Source: Euglena gracilis
Taxonomy: Eukaryota
Assembly (NCBI GenBank): GCA_039621445.1
Contig: CP154954.1
Coordinates: forward strand, 24,998,954-25,062,953
Direction of reading: 5' to 3'
Length of the DNA stretch: 64,000 nt
Part shown: one piece after another, positions 50,780 to 60,326 of the stretch
Position numbering within the stretch: the first letter of the stretch is position 1
Layout: every line of letters begins with the position of its first letter
The notes under the pieces: model-generated
What the model was told of the DNA's origin: nothing
The model's database searches: none
What the model saw: only the letters and a program-made list of their open reading frames with translations
Translations under genes and position numbers: made by a program

Positions 50780-52000
50780 TTGCCAAAACGGTTCAGCAAC
50801 ACAAGGGATTTTGTTATTTTGGGGCCCTGGGACAGTTGAGCAACAGAAGGGATTGGCTTCCAAAACGGTTCGGCAACACAAGGGATTTTGTTATTTTGGG
50901 GCCCTGGGACAGTTGAGCAACAGAAGGGATTGGCTTCCAAAACGGTTCGGCAACACAAGGGCTTTTGTTATTTTGGGGCCCTGGGACAGTTGAGCAGCAG
51001 AAGGGATTGGCTTCCAAAACGGTTCGGCAACACAAGGGATTTTGTTATTTTGGGGCCCTGGGACAGTTGAGCAACAGAAGGGATTCGCTTCCAAAGCGGT
51101 TCGGCAACACAAGGGATTTTGTTATTTTGGGGCCCTGGGACAGTTGAGCAACAGAAGGGATTGGCTTCCAAAACGGTTCGGCAACACAAGGTATTTTGTT
51201 ATTTTGGGGCCCTGGGACAGTTGAGCAGCAGAAGGAATTGGCTTCCAAAACGGTTCGGCAACACAAGGGATTTTGTTATTTTGGGGCCCTGGGAGAACGG
51301 TTCGGCGACACAAGGGATTTTGTTATTTTGGGGCCCTGGGACAGTTGAGCAGCAGAAGGGATTTGCTTCCAAACTGTTCGGCAACACAAGGGATTTTGTT
51401 ATTTTGGGGCCCTGGGACAGTTCAGCAGTAGAAGGGATTGGCTTCCAAAACGGTTCGGCAACACAAGGGATTTTGTTATTTTGGGGCCCTGGGACAGTTG
51501 AGCAACAGAAGGGATTGGCTTCCAAAGCGGTTCGGCAACACAAGGGATTTTGTTTTTGGTGCCCTGGGACAGTTGAGCAACAGAAGGGATTGGCTTCCAA
51601 AAGGGTTCGGCAACACAAGGGATTTTGTTATTTTGGGGCCCTGGGACAGTTGAGCAACAGAAGGGATTGGCTTCCAAAATGGTTTGGCAACACAAGCGTT
51701 TTTGTTATTTTGGTGCCCTGGGACAGTTGAGCAACAGAAGGGATTGGCTTCCAAAACGGTTCGGCAACACAAGGGATTTTGTTATTTTGGGGCCCTGGGA
51801 CAGTTGAGCAGCAGAAGGGATTGGCTTCCAAAACGGTTCGGCAACACAAGGGATTTTGTTATTTTGGGGCCCTGGGACAGTTGAGCAACAGAAGGAATTG
51901 GCTTCCAAAACGGTTCGGCGACACAAGGGATTTTGTTATTTTGGGGCCCTGGGACAGTTGAGCAGCAAAAGGAATTCGCTTCCAAAACGGTTCGGCAACA
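50780..52000 (+). repeat. 77-bp tandem repeat array, about 16 units
   Basis: Unit ACAAGGGATTTTGTTATTTTGGGGCCCTGGGACAGTTGAGCAACAGAAGGGATTGGCTTCCAAAACGGTTCGGCAAC, with no spacers. Confidence 0.97.
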
Positions 52001-52004
52001 CTAC

Positions 52005-52114
52005 ACAAAAATCGTCCATGTCACCCGGACACACGGTGTGTCCGGGTTATGGGCGCCGCAGGCGCCCATAACCCGGACACACCGTGTGTCCGGGTTACAA
52101 TGGACGATTTTTGT
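52005..52114. repeat. ~110-nt palindrome (perfect 35-bp inner stem, GCA loop, 15-bp outer stem)
   Basis: 52023-52057 pairs with 52061-52095 and 52005-52019 pairs with 52100-52114. Each arm is itself palindromic. Confidence 0.95.
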
Positions 52115-52502
52115 CTATATCCGTTGACTAAGAGGCCCAAGACACACACTGTGTCTCGTGGAACTTAGCCACGCAATGTCTACCCCGTATTTTTTTGCAA
52201 TTTTTTGTCAAATTTTCAGTTCACGAGGACACACACTGTGTCTCGTGGACTGCCAGTCCACGAGACACAGTGTGTGTCCCCGTGGACTGGGACACACACT
52301 GTGTCTCGTGGACTGGCAGTCCACGAGACACAGTGTGTGTCCTCGTGAACTGAAAAAAATCAAGAATTCCCACTGGTCCGACCAACAAGTGCCCCCTAAT
52401 AACTTGGCCTTTCGGCAACTTTTGGCTTAGAGCATAAAGGTTTCTCGTGGACAAGTTTCACCACATTCCACTACCTGTCCTTGCAGTTTTTTCTTTCGAA
52501 AA

Positions 52503-53975
52503 ATGAAGAAGACCGCAAACAGTGTGGACCGCATGCTCCCCCGACCCCCGAAACCAGATGAATTTGTTGCTACACTGGAAAAGTATTTGGTCGATTTGCA
52601 GAAGGGCCCTGCTGTTGACCCAATACACGGTACGTTGTTGGCCAACGTGTTGGAGGAGAAGCCAAAAGGGACCGCAAAGGCTGAGCGTGTAGCTGTTACA
52701 CGCCTGTTGGAGTTCCAGCAGATGTGTAAACATCTGAACGCTCAGTATGAGGACCTGGATGGCTTTTTTTCCGCATGGGCTGGTTGGGTCATTGACCCCA
52801 GATATTTGTTTGATGAGGCTACCCTCATCAATCAAGCTGAGCAACAACGCCGGGCACAGTGTGGCACCACATTCAAATTCGAGACATACCTGCCTTCTAC
52901 TGTCCGAGGTCATTTCAACTCTCTCGCACGGGTGTTCACATCTGTTGACCCGGACGGCACTCTGGTTCCATCTTCCAAAAAACAGTTTCCGCAACTGAAC
53001 CGCCTCATGACGTCGGCTCTGACGCGAGAGAGTTCCCGGAAAGCTGTGGGTACGGCTGCCCACCCACCTGTGGAAGTTCTTCAGGACGAGGAACTTCCTA
53101 CCGTGCTGGCTTCCGTGGATTGGCGCAAGCCTTTTGAGAGCCAACGTGCAAACATCCTCATTTTGGCGTACAGCACGGGGTACCGAAGTGAGGTTTTGAG
53201 GCGGTTGGAAGTGGGCTCTTTTGTGGAAACGCGGACCGAAGATGGAAAACGAATGCTCCAATGCAGCGTTGGGACCATGAAGAATCACTCTTCAACGTTG
53301 GAGACCACTGATGTCGCCCTCCTTCAGCAATTGATTGTTGAAGGGTCGGACCCTGCAACGTGTCCCATCAGAGCATTCGACAGACAGGTTGCCTTGGTTT
53401 CCGCCTCGCCACCCGGCCTCCGTGGAAATTGGCTCTTCCGCTCGTGCAAGCCCCTGGCAAGGACGTTGTCTGAACCTCAGACAACGGATGAGACCTTCAG
53501 AGGTGTGGCCGAGTGGGTGGGTGCGCAGGTGGGCCGGCGTGTAACATTCAAGGATGTTGCACGCCGGGCCGCCATGACTCGACTGGCAAACAACCCCGAT
53601 ATTTCGGCTGACGACGTGGCAAAGCACTTCCACGTGCACCGAAACACCGTGGCTGTTTACCATCGTGCAGGCAAAACGGTACCCATCAAAGCGGCCACAA
53701 TCCTCTCCACCCGGGTGACAAAGCAGGAGAAAAAAAAAGCCACCCCCCCCAAAGTGGAGCATGCGGCCCAACACGACGCTGGTCCCGCCGTACCTGTTGG
53801 TCAGCACGCGACAGGGACAGAGACTGCCGCGCCACCTCCAGTCACTGAAGGGCAAGCAAAATCTGAAGGAGGCGAGCAGCATGAGTATGACAGCATTGCT
53901 CTGCCACAATTCATCTTTCCCCTCCTAACAGACCTTCCGAGCCGAACCGCGAGCCAGCCAAGGATGTCAATCTAG
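52503..53975 (+). CDS. Tyrosine recombinase (Crypton-like), 490 aa, uninterrupted
   Basis: YSTGYRSEVL (R), MKNH (K), CPIRAF, WLFR, DVARR (in the HxxR position), HVHRNTVAVY (H...Y), and a KKEKKK-like basic patch. Confidence 0.8.
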   Translation: MKKTANSVDRMLPRPPKPDEFVATLEKYLVDLQKGPAVDPIHGTLLANVLEEKPKGTAKAERVAVTRLLEFQQMCKHLNAQYEDLDGFFSAWAGWVIDPRYLFDEATLINQAEQQRRAQCGTTFKFETYLPSTVRGHFNSLARVFTSVDPDGTLVPSSKKQFPQLNRLMTSALTRESSRKAVGTAAHPPVEVLQDEELPTVLASVDWRKPFESQRANILILAYSTGYRSEVLRRLEVGSFVETRTEDGKRMLQCSVGTMKNHSSTLETTDVALLQQLIVEGSDPATCPIRAFDRQVALVSASPPGLRGNWLFRSCKPLARTLSEPQTTDETFRGVAEWVGAQVGRRVTFKDVARRAAMTRLANNPDISADDVAKHFHVHRNTVAVYHRAGKTVPIKAATILSTRVTKQEKKKATPPKVEHAAQHDAGPAVPVGQHATGTETAAPPPVTEGQAKSEGGEQHEYDSIALPQFIFPLLTDLPSRTASQPRMSI

Positions 53976-54046
53976 GACATGGGGACGTTCTCACGTATGC
54001 CTCAGCGGTATTATCCAAATGCCTACCTCTGACGCATCACAGTGGC

Positions 54047-54469
54047 ATGGAGGTCATCGTAGATGAGGAGCCCGAGTTCTGCACGCAGCCGTCCCGCAGC
54101 CGTCCTTGGCCGCTGAAACTGGAGCGCGACGATGACGACCTGGCCGTCGAGCGCAACCGCGCTCAGTGGTCCAAGTGGACCATTTTTGGCGCTCCCCCAT
54201 CTGCGGAGCACGCACCGGTGGCCCAGGACATGTCAAACATTCCCTCCCTTTTCCCTGCCGTCTCCTCCTCCCGGGCAAACAAACGCCCTCGTCCTGTCCG
54301 TCCCAATTGTGGGTTTTGTGGGGTCACCGTTCCTTTGAACCCACCCTGTCGTGAGCTAAATGCTGTGCTCTGTGATGCATGTGGGCTGTCGTACCACTGG
54401 AAGTGTGCTAACCTGGTGCGTCCCCCAAAGCATGGGTCCTGGATTTGTGAGTCGTGTGTTGGTCAGTAA
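54047..54469 (+). CDS. PHD-finger protein, 140 aa (possibly the spliced or read-through C-terminus of the YR)
   Basis: CGFC..LCDAC..YHWKC..L..PP..GSWICESC, a C4HC3 pattern with the conserved Trp. Confidence 0.85.
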   Translation: MEVIVDEEPEFCTQPSRSRPWPLKLERDDDDLAVERNRAQWSKWTIFGAPPSAEHAPVAQDMSNIPSLFPAVSSSRANKRPRPVRPNCGFCGVTVPLNPPCRELNAVLCDACGLSYHWKCANLVRPPKHGSWICESCVGQ

Positions 54470-54770
54470 GGCGTAACGCTGCGCTCCTCGTTACGTCTCC
54501 TCGTTGTCTGTCATGCCGTTCCGTGTCCCGACGACCATTGTTCCAATTTTGCGCCAACTGTCTCTCAGCTGTTACAGCTCACGGTTGTCCGGTGACCATC
54601 TTTCCATGCATTGCATTAGATGTAGAACACCTCGCATTTCTGGCAAACACCTTTTATTTTTCAGTCCACGAGACACAGTGTGTGTCCCAGTCCACGGGGA
54701 CACACACTGTGTCTCGTGGACTCAGTCCACGAGACACAGTGTGTGTCTTGGGCCTCAGTCCACGGATATA

Positions 54771-55188
54771 AGGGATTTTGTTATTTTGGGGCCCTGGGAC
54801 AGTTGAGCAACAGAAGGGATTGGCTTCCAAAACGGTTCGGCGACACAAGGGATTTTGTTATTTTGGGGCCCTGGGACAGTTGAGCAACAGAAGGGATTGG
54901 CTTCCGAAACGGTTCGGCAACACAAGGGATTTTGTTTTTTTGGTGCCCTGGGACAGTTGAGCAGCAGAAGGAATTCGCTTCCAAAACGGTTCGGCAACAC
55001 AAGGGATTTTGTTATTTTGGGGCCCTGGGACAGTTGAGCAGCAAAAGGAATTGACTTCCAAAACGGTTCGGCAACACAAGGGATTTGTTGTTTTGGGGCC
55101 CTGGGACAGTTGAGCAACAAAGGAATTGGCTTCCAGAACGGTTCGGTAACACAAGGGATTTTGTTATTTTGGGGCCCTGGGACAGTTG
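54771..55188 (+). repeat. 77-bp tandem repeat array, continuation (about 5.5 units)
   Basis: Same unit and orientation as 50780-52000, resuming essentially in register. Confidence 0.97.
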
Positions 55189-55575
55189 ATCACTAAAAAT
55201 AATGTTTATGGTGCATTTTTCGCTGTTTGAAATATGTTCTACGAAGTTTTAGGCCAAACAAGGAAAATCAGTATTGGGGGGGGCTTAAAAAGTTTGTGAC
55301 CCCCCCCTTTTGGTACATTAGAGTGGCTAGTCGGTCGACTAGTCGACCGACTAGCCAGTTCCCCCCACCGACTAGTCGGTCGGCTAGTAGTCGGTGAACT
55401 AGTCGACCGACTAGTCGGTCGACTACCCAGTACCCCACCCCCCCACTCTAAGTCGTGGAGCCCGTAGTGTTTGCAGTTCTTTGCCCTTAAATCAGATTGA
55501 AGCACAACGCAGTGAATGTACTCACCCTTATGTCCACACCCTTATGCTCTAAGCCGAAAATCCGCACAAGGCCAA

Positions 55576-56240
55576 GCATTGTGGGGGCCTTTGGGCATCG
55601 GACCAGGCGCCTTTGGCGCTCGGTCCCCCCCCCTAAAGTGCCCCCCAGTAACTTTGCCTTATGCCCATATCTCGTTTTCCAGCGCTAGCCGCACGATATG
55701 TTCATGGTTAGGGTCATCCGGATGAACATTTCATACATTGGTTTCTATTCATGAAAAACAGGGTGTATTTCCTATTCAAGAAAATATTCCTTGTTTTTCG
55801 TGAATACCTTTTTGTGAAAAACAGAGCAGATTTTTGTGAATACCCTCACCCCCCGCCCCCTCAAAGTGGCCACCCTCCAGGCAACATGAAACCCCAAAAC
55901 GGCCACTGTAGGGGAGGGGACACTTTGGGGGGGAGGCACTTTTCACTTTCTTTGGCACCTTCGGCGCCAAAAGAAAGTGGCCACTTTGAGGAGGGTAAAC
56001 CAAATTTGCCAAAAGATTTTGGCCACTCTGAGGGGGGGAGACACTTTGAGGGGGTGGGGTGAGGGCAGGATTTTTTCTCAAAAAGTGGAAAAAAAAGTTC
56101 CCCAAATGCCCCAAACCATGGCTTGAAGCACACCAACAAAATACAGGGAAGGCGAGGGGCCTTTCTATTCACAGTTACAGAAAAATCGTGGGCTCTAACC
56201 CGTATACAGGGCGTAAAAAGGGTTTTGCCCACAATTTTTA
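55576..56240 (-). mobile_element. Degenerate remnant of the hairpin end of the YR/PHD family, with a small inverted-repeat insert (~55843-56065)
   Basis: 55576-55760 resembles 61530-61740, and 56100-56240 resembles 61855-62045 with a collapsed hairpin (AAAAATCGTGGGCT.TAACCCGTA...GCCCACAATTTTT). Confidence 0.7.
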
Positions 56241-56638
56241 AATAATCACCCCCCGTTTCGCCACTTTGGCCACGCCTGACCCGTGTTCCGGCGTGCTTTT
56301 GTGGCCCAAAATGGCCATTTTGGGGAGTTTTTGGGGGGGGGCAATTTTTGGTAAAAAAAACCAATTTTTTCCAAAATATCTCGTCAATGAAGCAAAATCA
56401 AAGGAAATGTCCAAACAGCAAAAATGAAGCCCTTGGAACACCCTATCCAACTTTACCATTCCCCCAACTCTTCGTGTAGCCCGAGTTACGGCCATTTCGT
56501 TTGGCCAAAACTTTGGCCCATTTCAGGGGCAATTTTGGGCCGTTTTCGGGGGTCAAAATGCTCATTCAACCCTGTTTGAATTTTGAATGGATTTTTTTTA
56601 GAAAAAATATTCACCATTCATGTTGTTTTTCCCCACAG

Positions 56639-56760
56639 TGTGACATGTCTCAGCACCAATTGGTGCTAACATGCTTCCATGGCCCACGATACTGCACTTT
56701 TTGTAATGAATTTATCTTCGGCCTTACATATCAAGGGTTTGCTTGCACCCAATGCGGCAT
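56639..56760 (+). CDS. Probable host exon encoding most of a C1 (DAG/phorbol-ester-binding) domain
   Basis: HQLVLTCFHGPRYCTFCNEFIFGLTYQGFACTQC follows a TTTTTCCCCACAG acceptor. The donor site is unclear. Confidence 0.65.
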
Positions 56761-57572
56761 TGCTTTCCAAGGGATGCTTGATTGCAATTTCTTGTGTCAT
56801 GTGTTAGAGCAGGAAAAAAATTCCCTAAAAATACACATTCCAGAGATTCGGTATGGCACAAGCCCAACCCCCAACACGTCCCTCAAAAATGGGTTTCAGG
56901 GGCGGCTCCCCTGTGACCCCGTGACCCCGGCAATGGAGCTTGCGCCTCCCGTCACCTTCAAAACGAGTATTGTTCAAGGACCAGGAACCAACCAAATACA
57001 AGCGCAAAGCCCAAATGAAAGGAAGCAACAAACAAGTGATGCAGGAAAAGTGTGGGATTTGGCATACCAAGCCTTCTTGAGTTTCATGAGAACTCATCAA
57101 TGCGTTCCTTGGGGGATGTTGTTTTAGTCCCAAAATCTTTTGCCCACAAATTCATTCATATGTTGTTCTCACACGAACACGAACACAGAAAAATATCCCA
57201 ATTTCCCACCTTTTTTTGCCGTCGACTTACACATGGAGGCTTTGCCTCCCCTGTGACCTCTGTGACCAATCCCCCTGTGACCCCCCCCCCCTGTGACCCC
57301 TCTGTGACCCCAGCCCACCCCCTGCGTTGCTTTTATGAGGAGAACCAGGCAAAGCTCCAGCCAGTGACGTAAAAATGGCAGAATGACAGACAAAAAAGTG
57401 TAGGATTGCTGAAAAATTTCCAGGAAAAATTTCCAGGAAAGATTTCCGCAATTTTTCCATGAAAAGTTAAATTTATTTTTCCAATTGGAAAAATAGGAAC
57501 AATATTCTCCCTTTTCTGTGGGTTTTTGCAATGATTGGTTGGCACATCCGGGCCTTGTCAACTTTAAACGTT

Positions 57573-57647
57573 GCAACAGGCTCAGTGGTAGAGCACAGGG
57601 TCATTGACCCTACGGTTCTGGCATCGATGCCCAGTTCGCTGCTTTTT
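57573..57647 (+). pseudogene. tRNA-like relic or SINE head
   Basis: D-arm/A-box GGCTCAGTGGTAGAGC, AGGG/CCCT anticodon stem with a 7-nt loop, degenerate T-arm CTGGCATCGATGCCCAG, T5 tail. The acceptor stem is broken. Confidence 0.45.
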
Positions 57648-59124
57648 GGGCTTTTCTTTTTTTCTCATTAAGAATATTCCTGTATAGGCAAAAGCCTAGT
57701 TTCTCAATTTTGGAACCCCGGGAACCCTCAGGTGGTCGATTTGAAGAGAAAACTCGTTCCTGTGCGGTTCATTACTCTTCTCAAACCAAACAGAACAGAA
57801 AATGACCACAAAATTCGATTCTGATTCTGGCCGATCTGACGATCGCGAGCGTATCTCTGGCTGCGTGCATTGTTGAGGTTCCAAGTTACCCCTCGATTGA
57901 AAGCTCTTTTCAATAGACGGCCAGCGGTGATGATGACAGTTTTCCACGATGCATGGTACTCTTATTCCAAAACAACACCAATTTTCACCAAAATTGGATA
58001 CCCACACTATGGTCCCCAAATGGCAAATCTCATTCTGCTACATGGTTATAACGGAGGTTAGGCAGGGGTGGGGGGGGGGGGTTGGGGGCTTCGCCCCTAA
58101 AGGAATTTCAATGGAGAAACTTCACCGGTGAAGTTCACCGGTGAAGTTCACCGCCATGTGTTTCCAATGAAGAGGGGGGGGGGTGGGGGGGTCCCGCCCG
58201 AAAAACCCAAAGTTCACCGCCTGATCTCCAACAGTCATATCACCACCCCATTTTCCCATTTTACAGTGGTTTTTTGCAATGATGTGGAGGGTGGAATTTA
58301 GACCAATTTCTCAGGACATTTTATTTGTTGATGTGCATTCACACAACTTCATTTGGCAAAGACCCAAAAAGACCCCTTCAAGGATTTGGACGAGCTTTAA
58401 CGACCCCATATGTGTGGTTTCCTTTTCAAAAAGTCAACCCCCTAAATGCCCCTTTTGGGGGCTGATGTTGACTAGTCCCCATCCTTGGTCATTTTTATAT
58501 CATGGAAAAATATTGGAAATATTTCCAAATTTTCCGCAATTTTCCTGCAATTTTTCTACAATTTTTCCATCGGAAAAATGAAAATTTATTTTTCCGCAAA
58601 ATAAGCAACCCTAAAAAAGTGACAAACAAGTATTTCATTTTTACCTTTTGTTTTTTTTTAACATGGTGCCAAATTGGATTTAGGGGGCTTGGCAATTGTT
58701 CGCCACACTCCCCAGATGGCAGGAGGGGTTGCAATGGTGTCAGGAAAGTTTCTGTTAACTACTTTGGCTCATGATACAAAAATTTTAAGAAGAGATCAAA
58801 GTGATGAAAAAGTCCAAGGGGTTTCCCCAATGGTTTGTATTGCACCAGCTGTGTGGAACGAAGGTTAGCACGGGCCCTGCTGGGGTAGGCAATAGATTAT
58901 CACCCTGATTCCGTCCCAATTTCCAATATTTTTGTTGAAGCCATGAGCATCCGGATTCCATCTTTCTGAAACAACTTCATTTGACCCGCATCTCTGAGTT
59001 GTGGGTGTGTCAGTCGGGGTCGCGGGGTTTGTGGTACTGGGGTGGGGTCCCCCAGGACCCCCCCCCCCCAGGGGTGGGTGGGTGGGGGGACCCCCCCTCC
59101 CCCCGGTCTCAAAAAGAACCCCTG

Positions 59125-59280
59125 GCTCGATTTTGCAAACACCGAACGGACCGCATTTCACCGGGTCGATGTCGTAGGCGTATACTGGATTTTCCAGCAC
59201 ACCATGAAATTTGCGGGTAATCCTCAAACAGAAATCGGCTAATTTAGGATGTTGTCCAGAACTCTCAATGACTGCAGAGA
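59125..59280 (-). pseudogene. Small fragment of chromovirus pol
   Basis: RITRKFHGVLENPVYAYDIDP..GPFGVCKIE matches the protein encoded at ~21705-21803. Confidence 0.85.
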
Positions 59281-60326
59281 TTTGGACCAGGGGTTAATTG
59301 GGAAGGTGTCACACAGTTTCATTTCTCCTTTGGGTGCCGTTTTAGGCTCCTAGTTCTGGGTGCCTTCTCGTTAGATGATAGAAGTCTTCTAATTTTTTTT
59401 GCTTTCAAACACAACTTTTTGCCATGATTCAGGGCTTTGGATGAGAAAAATGTTCTCTTTTTGAGCCAGACACTGTGCCCCTTCGAAATGGTCCAAAATT
59501 TTCCAACCATGCGGCTTGTGTGACCGCCACCACAAGTGAATTATTCGAGAACTGTGTCCCCCGGCTTCACGTCCGAACTGGCGTCTGAGGAATCACGGCC
59601 GATTTCGCCCCAAATACCCACGTTTGGGACATTTTTTTTGGCGACTTTAGTCCGATTGGTGGCCGATTGAAATTGGTAGATTTCACACGTCTGATTCCAT
59701 GCTGCCCTTCGATCAAAAGCTCTTCTCTTATTTTTTTGGCAATCGTATATTCCAAAAGTTGACATATTGTTCCTGTCATATCTCAACACATGTCATACGT
59801 TTTTTTTTTCAGCTGGAGAAAAGTTGTCATAGCCAAGCACTTTTGACTATTTTTTCTTTTGGTTTATCTTTTTTTTTTTTGTTGGTTGACAGGACAAATG
59901 TCGGCATGTCATTTTAATGACAGCAGACAAATGCGACTTTAGGTCTGTCGGCATACAGAGGGAGAAGGTATCAATCGAAAGCTCTCAACAATACCTTTCG
60001 AACGATACCCACAACTCAACCACACTGCACAGGGCTCTGAAAATCGCCGATCGCATGTTCCGACGCTGATTGCAAATTGTACTGTTCAGCTGCCATGTTG
60101 CCGCTCGATCGAAAGCTCTTCTCAAGGACTTTTCAGCAAATGGCCTCAGATTTCAGCCATGCTGCAATGTACTCTTATTTCAGAAACTACTCAAAATTTG
60201 CAAAGTGAAATTATTGCCCAATTTGCTCAGATATGCTTACCACATGCGTGCAAACCATTTTGGACACTTTCTGGCACTTTTTATTCTTTATCCTGGGCAG
60301 AGCAATCCCAAAATGCACGCCTTTGT

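Larger units (their letters stand above)
52001..54770 (+). mobile_element. YR + PHD-finger DNA element with a terminal hairpin and asymmetric inverted repeats (Crypton-like enzyme)
   Basis: Hairpin 52005-52114, inverted repeats 52116-52161 / 54726-54770, two uninterrupted ORFs. It interrupts a 77-bp satellite unit. Confidence 0.85.
50472..55436. mobile_element. Non-autonomous TIR (foldback-like) element filled with a 77-bp satellite
   Basis: Ends GGGGTACTGGGTAGTCGACCGACTAGTC / GACTAGTCGGTCGACTACCCAGTACCCC. Inverted homology continues inward (to ~50707 and from ~55266). Confidence 0.8.

Noticed and set aside
50761-52127. Many short ORFs (MLFWGPGTVEQQ.., MCCRTVLEANP..)
   Set aside because: These are translation artefacts of the satellite.
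52001-54770. Helitron/Helentron or DIRS assignment for the YR element
   Set aside because: No HUH or helicase motifs, and no RT, gag or ICR. Its YR motifs differ from the DIRS YRs in this window.
50780-55188. Regular repeats flanking a recombinase gene, resembling a CRISPR array or integron cassette array
   Set aside because: The units are contiguous 77-bp near-identical tandem copies with no unique spacers or cassettes, and no cas-like ORFs are present.
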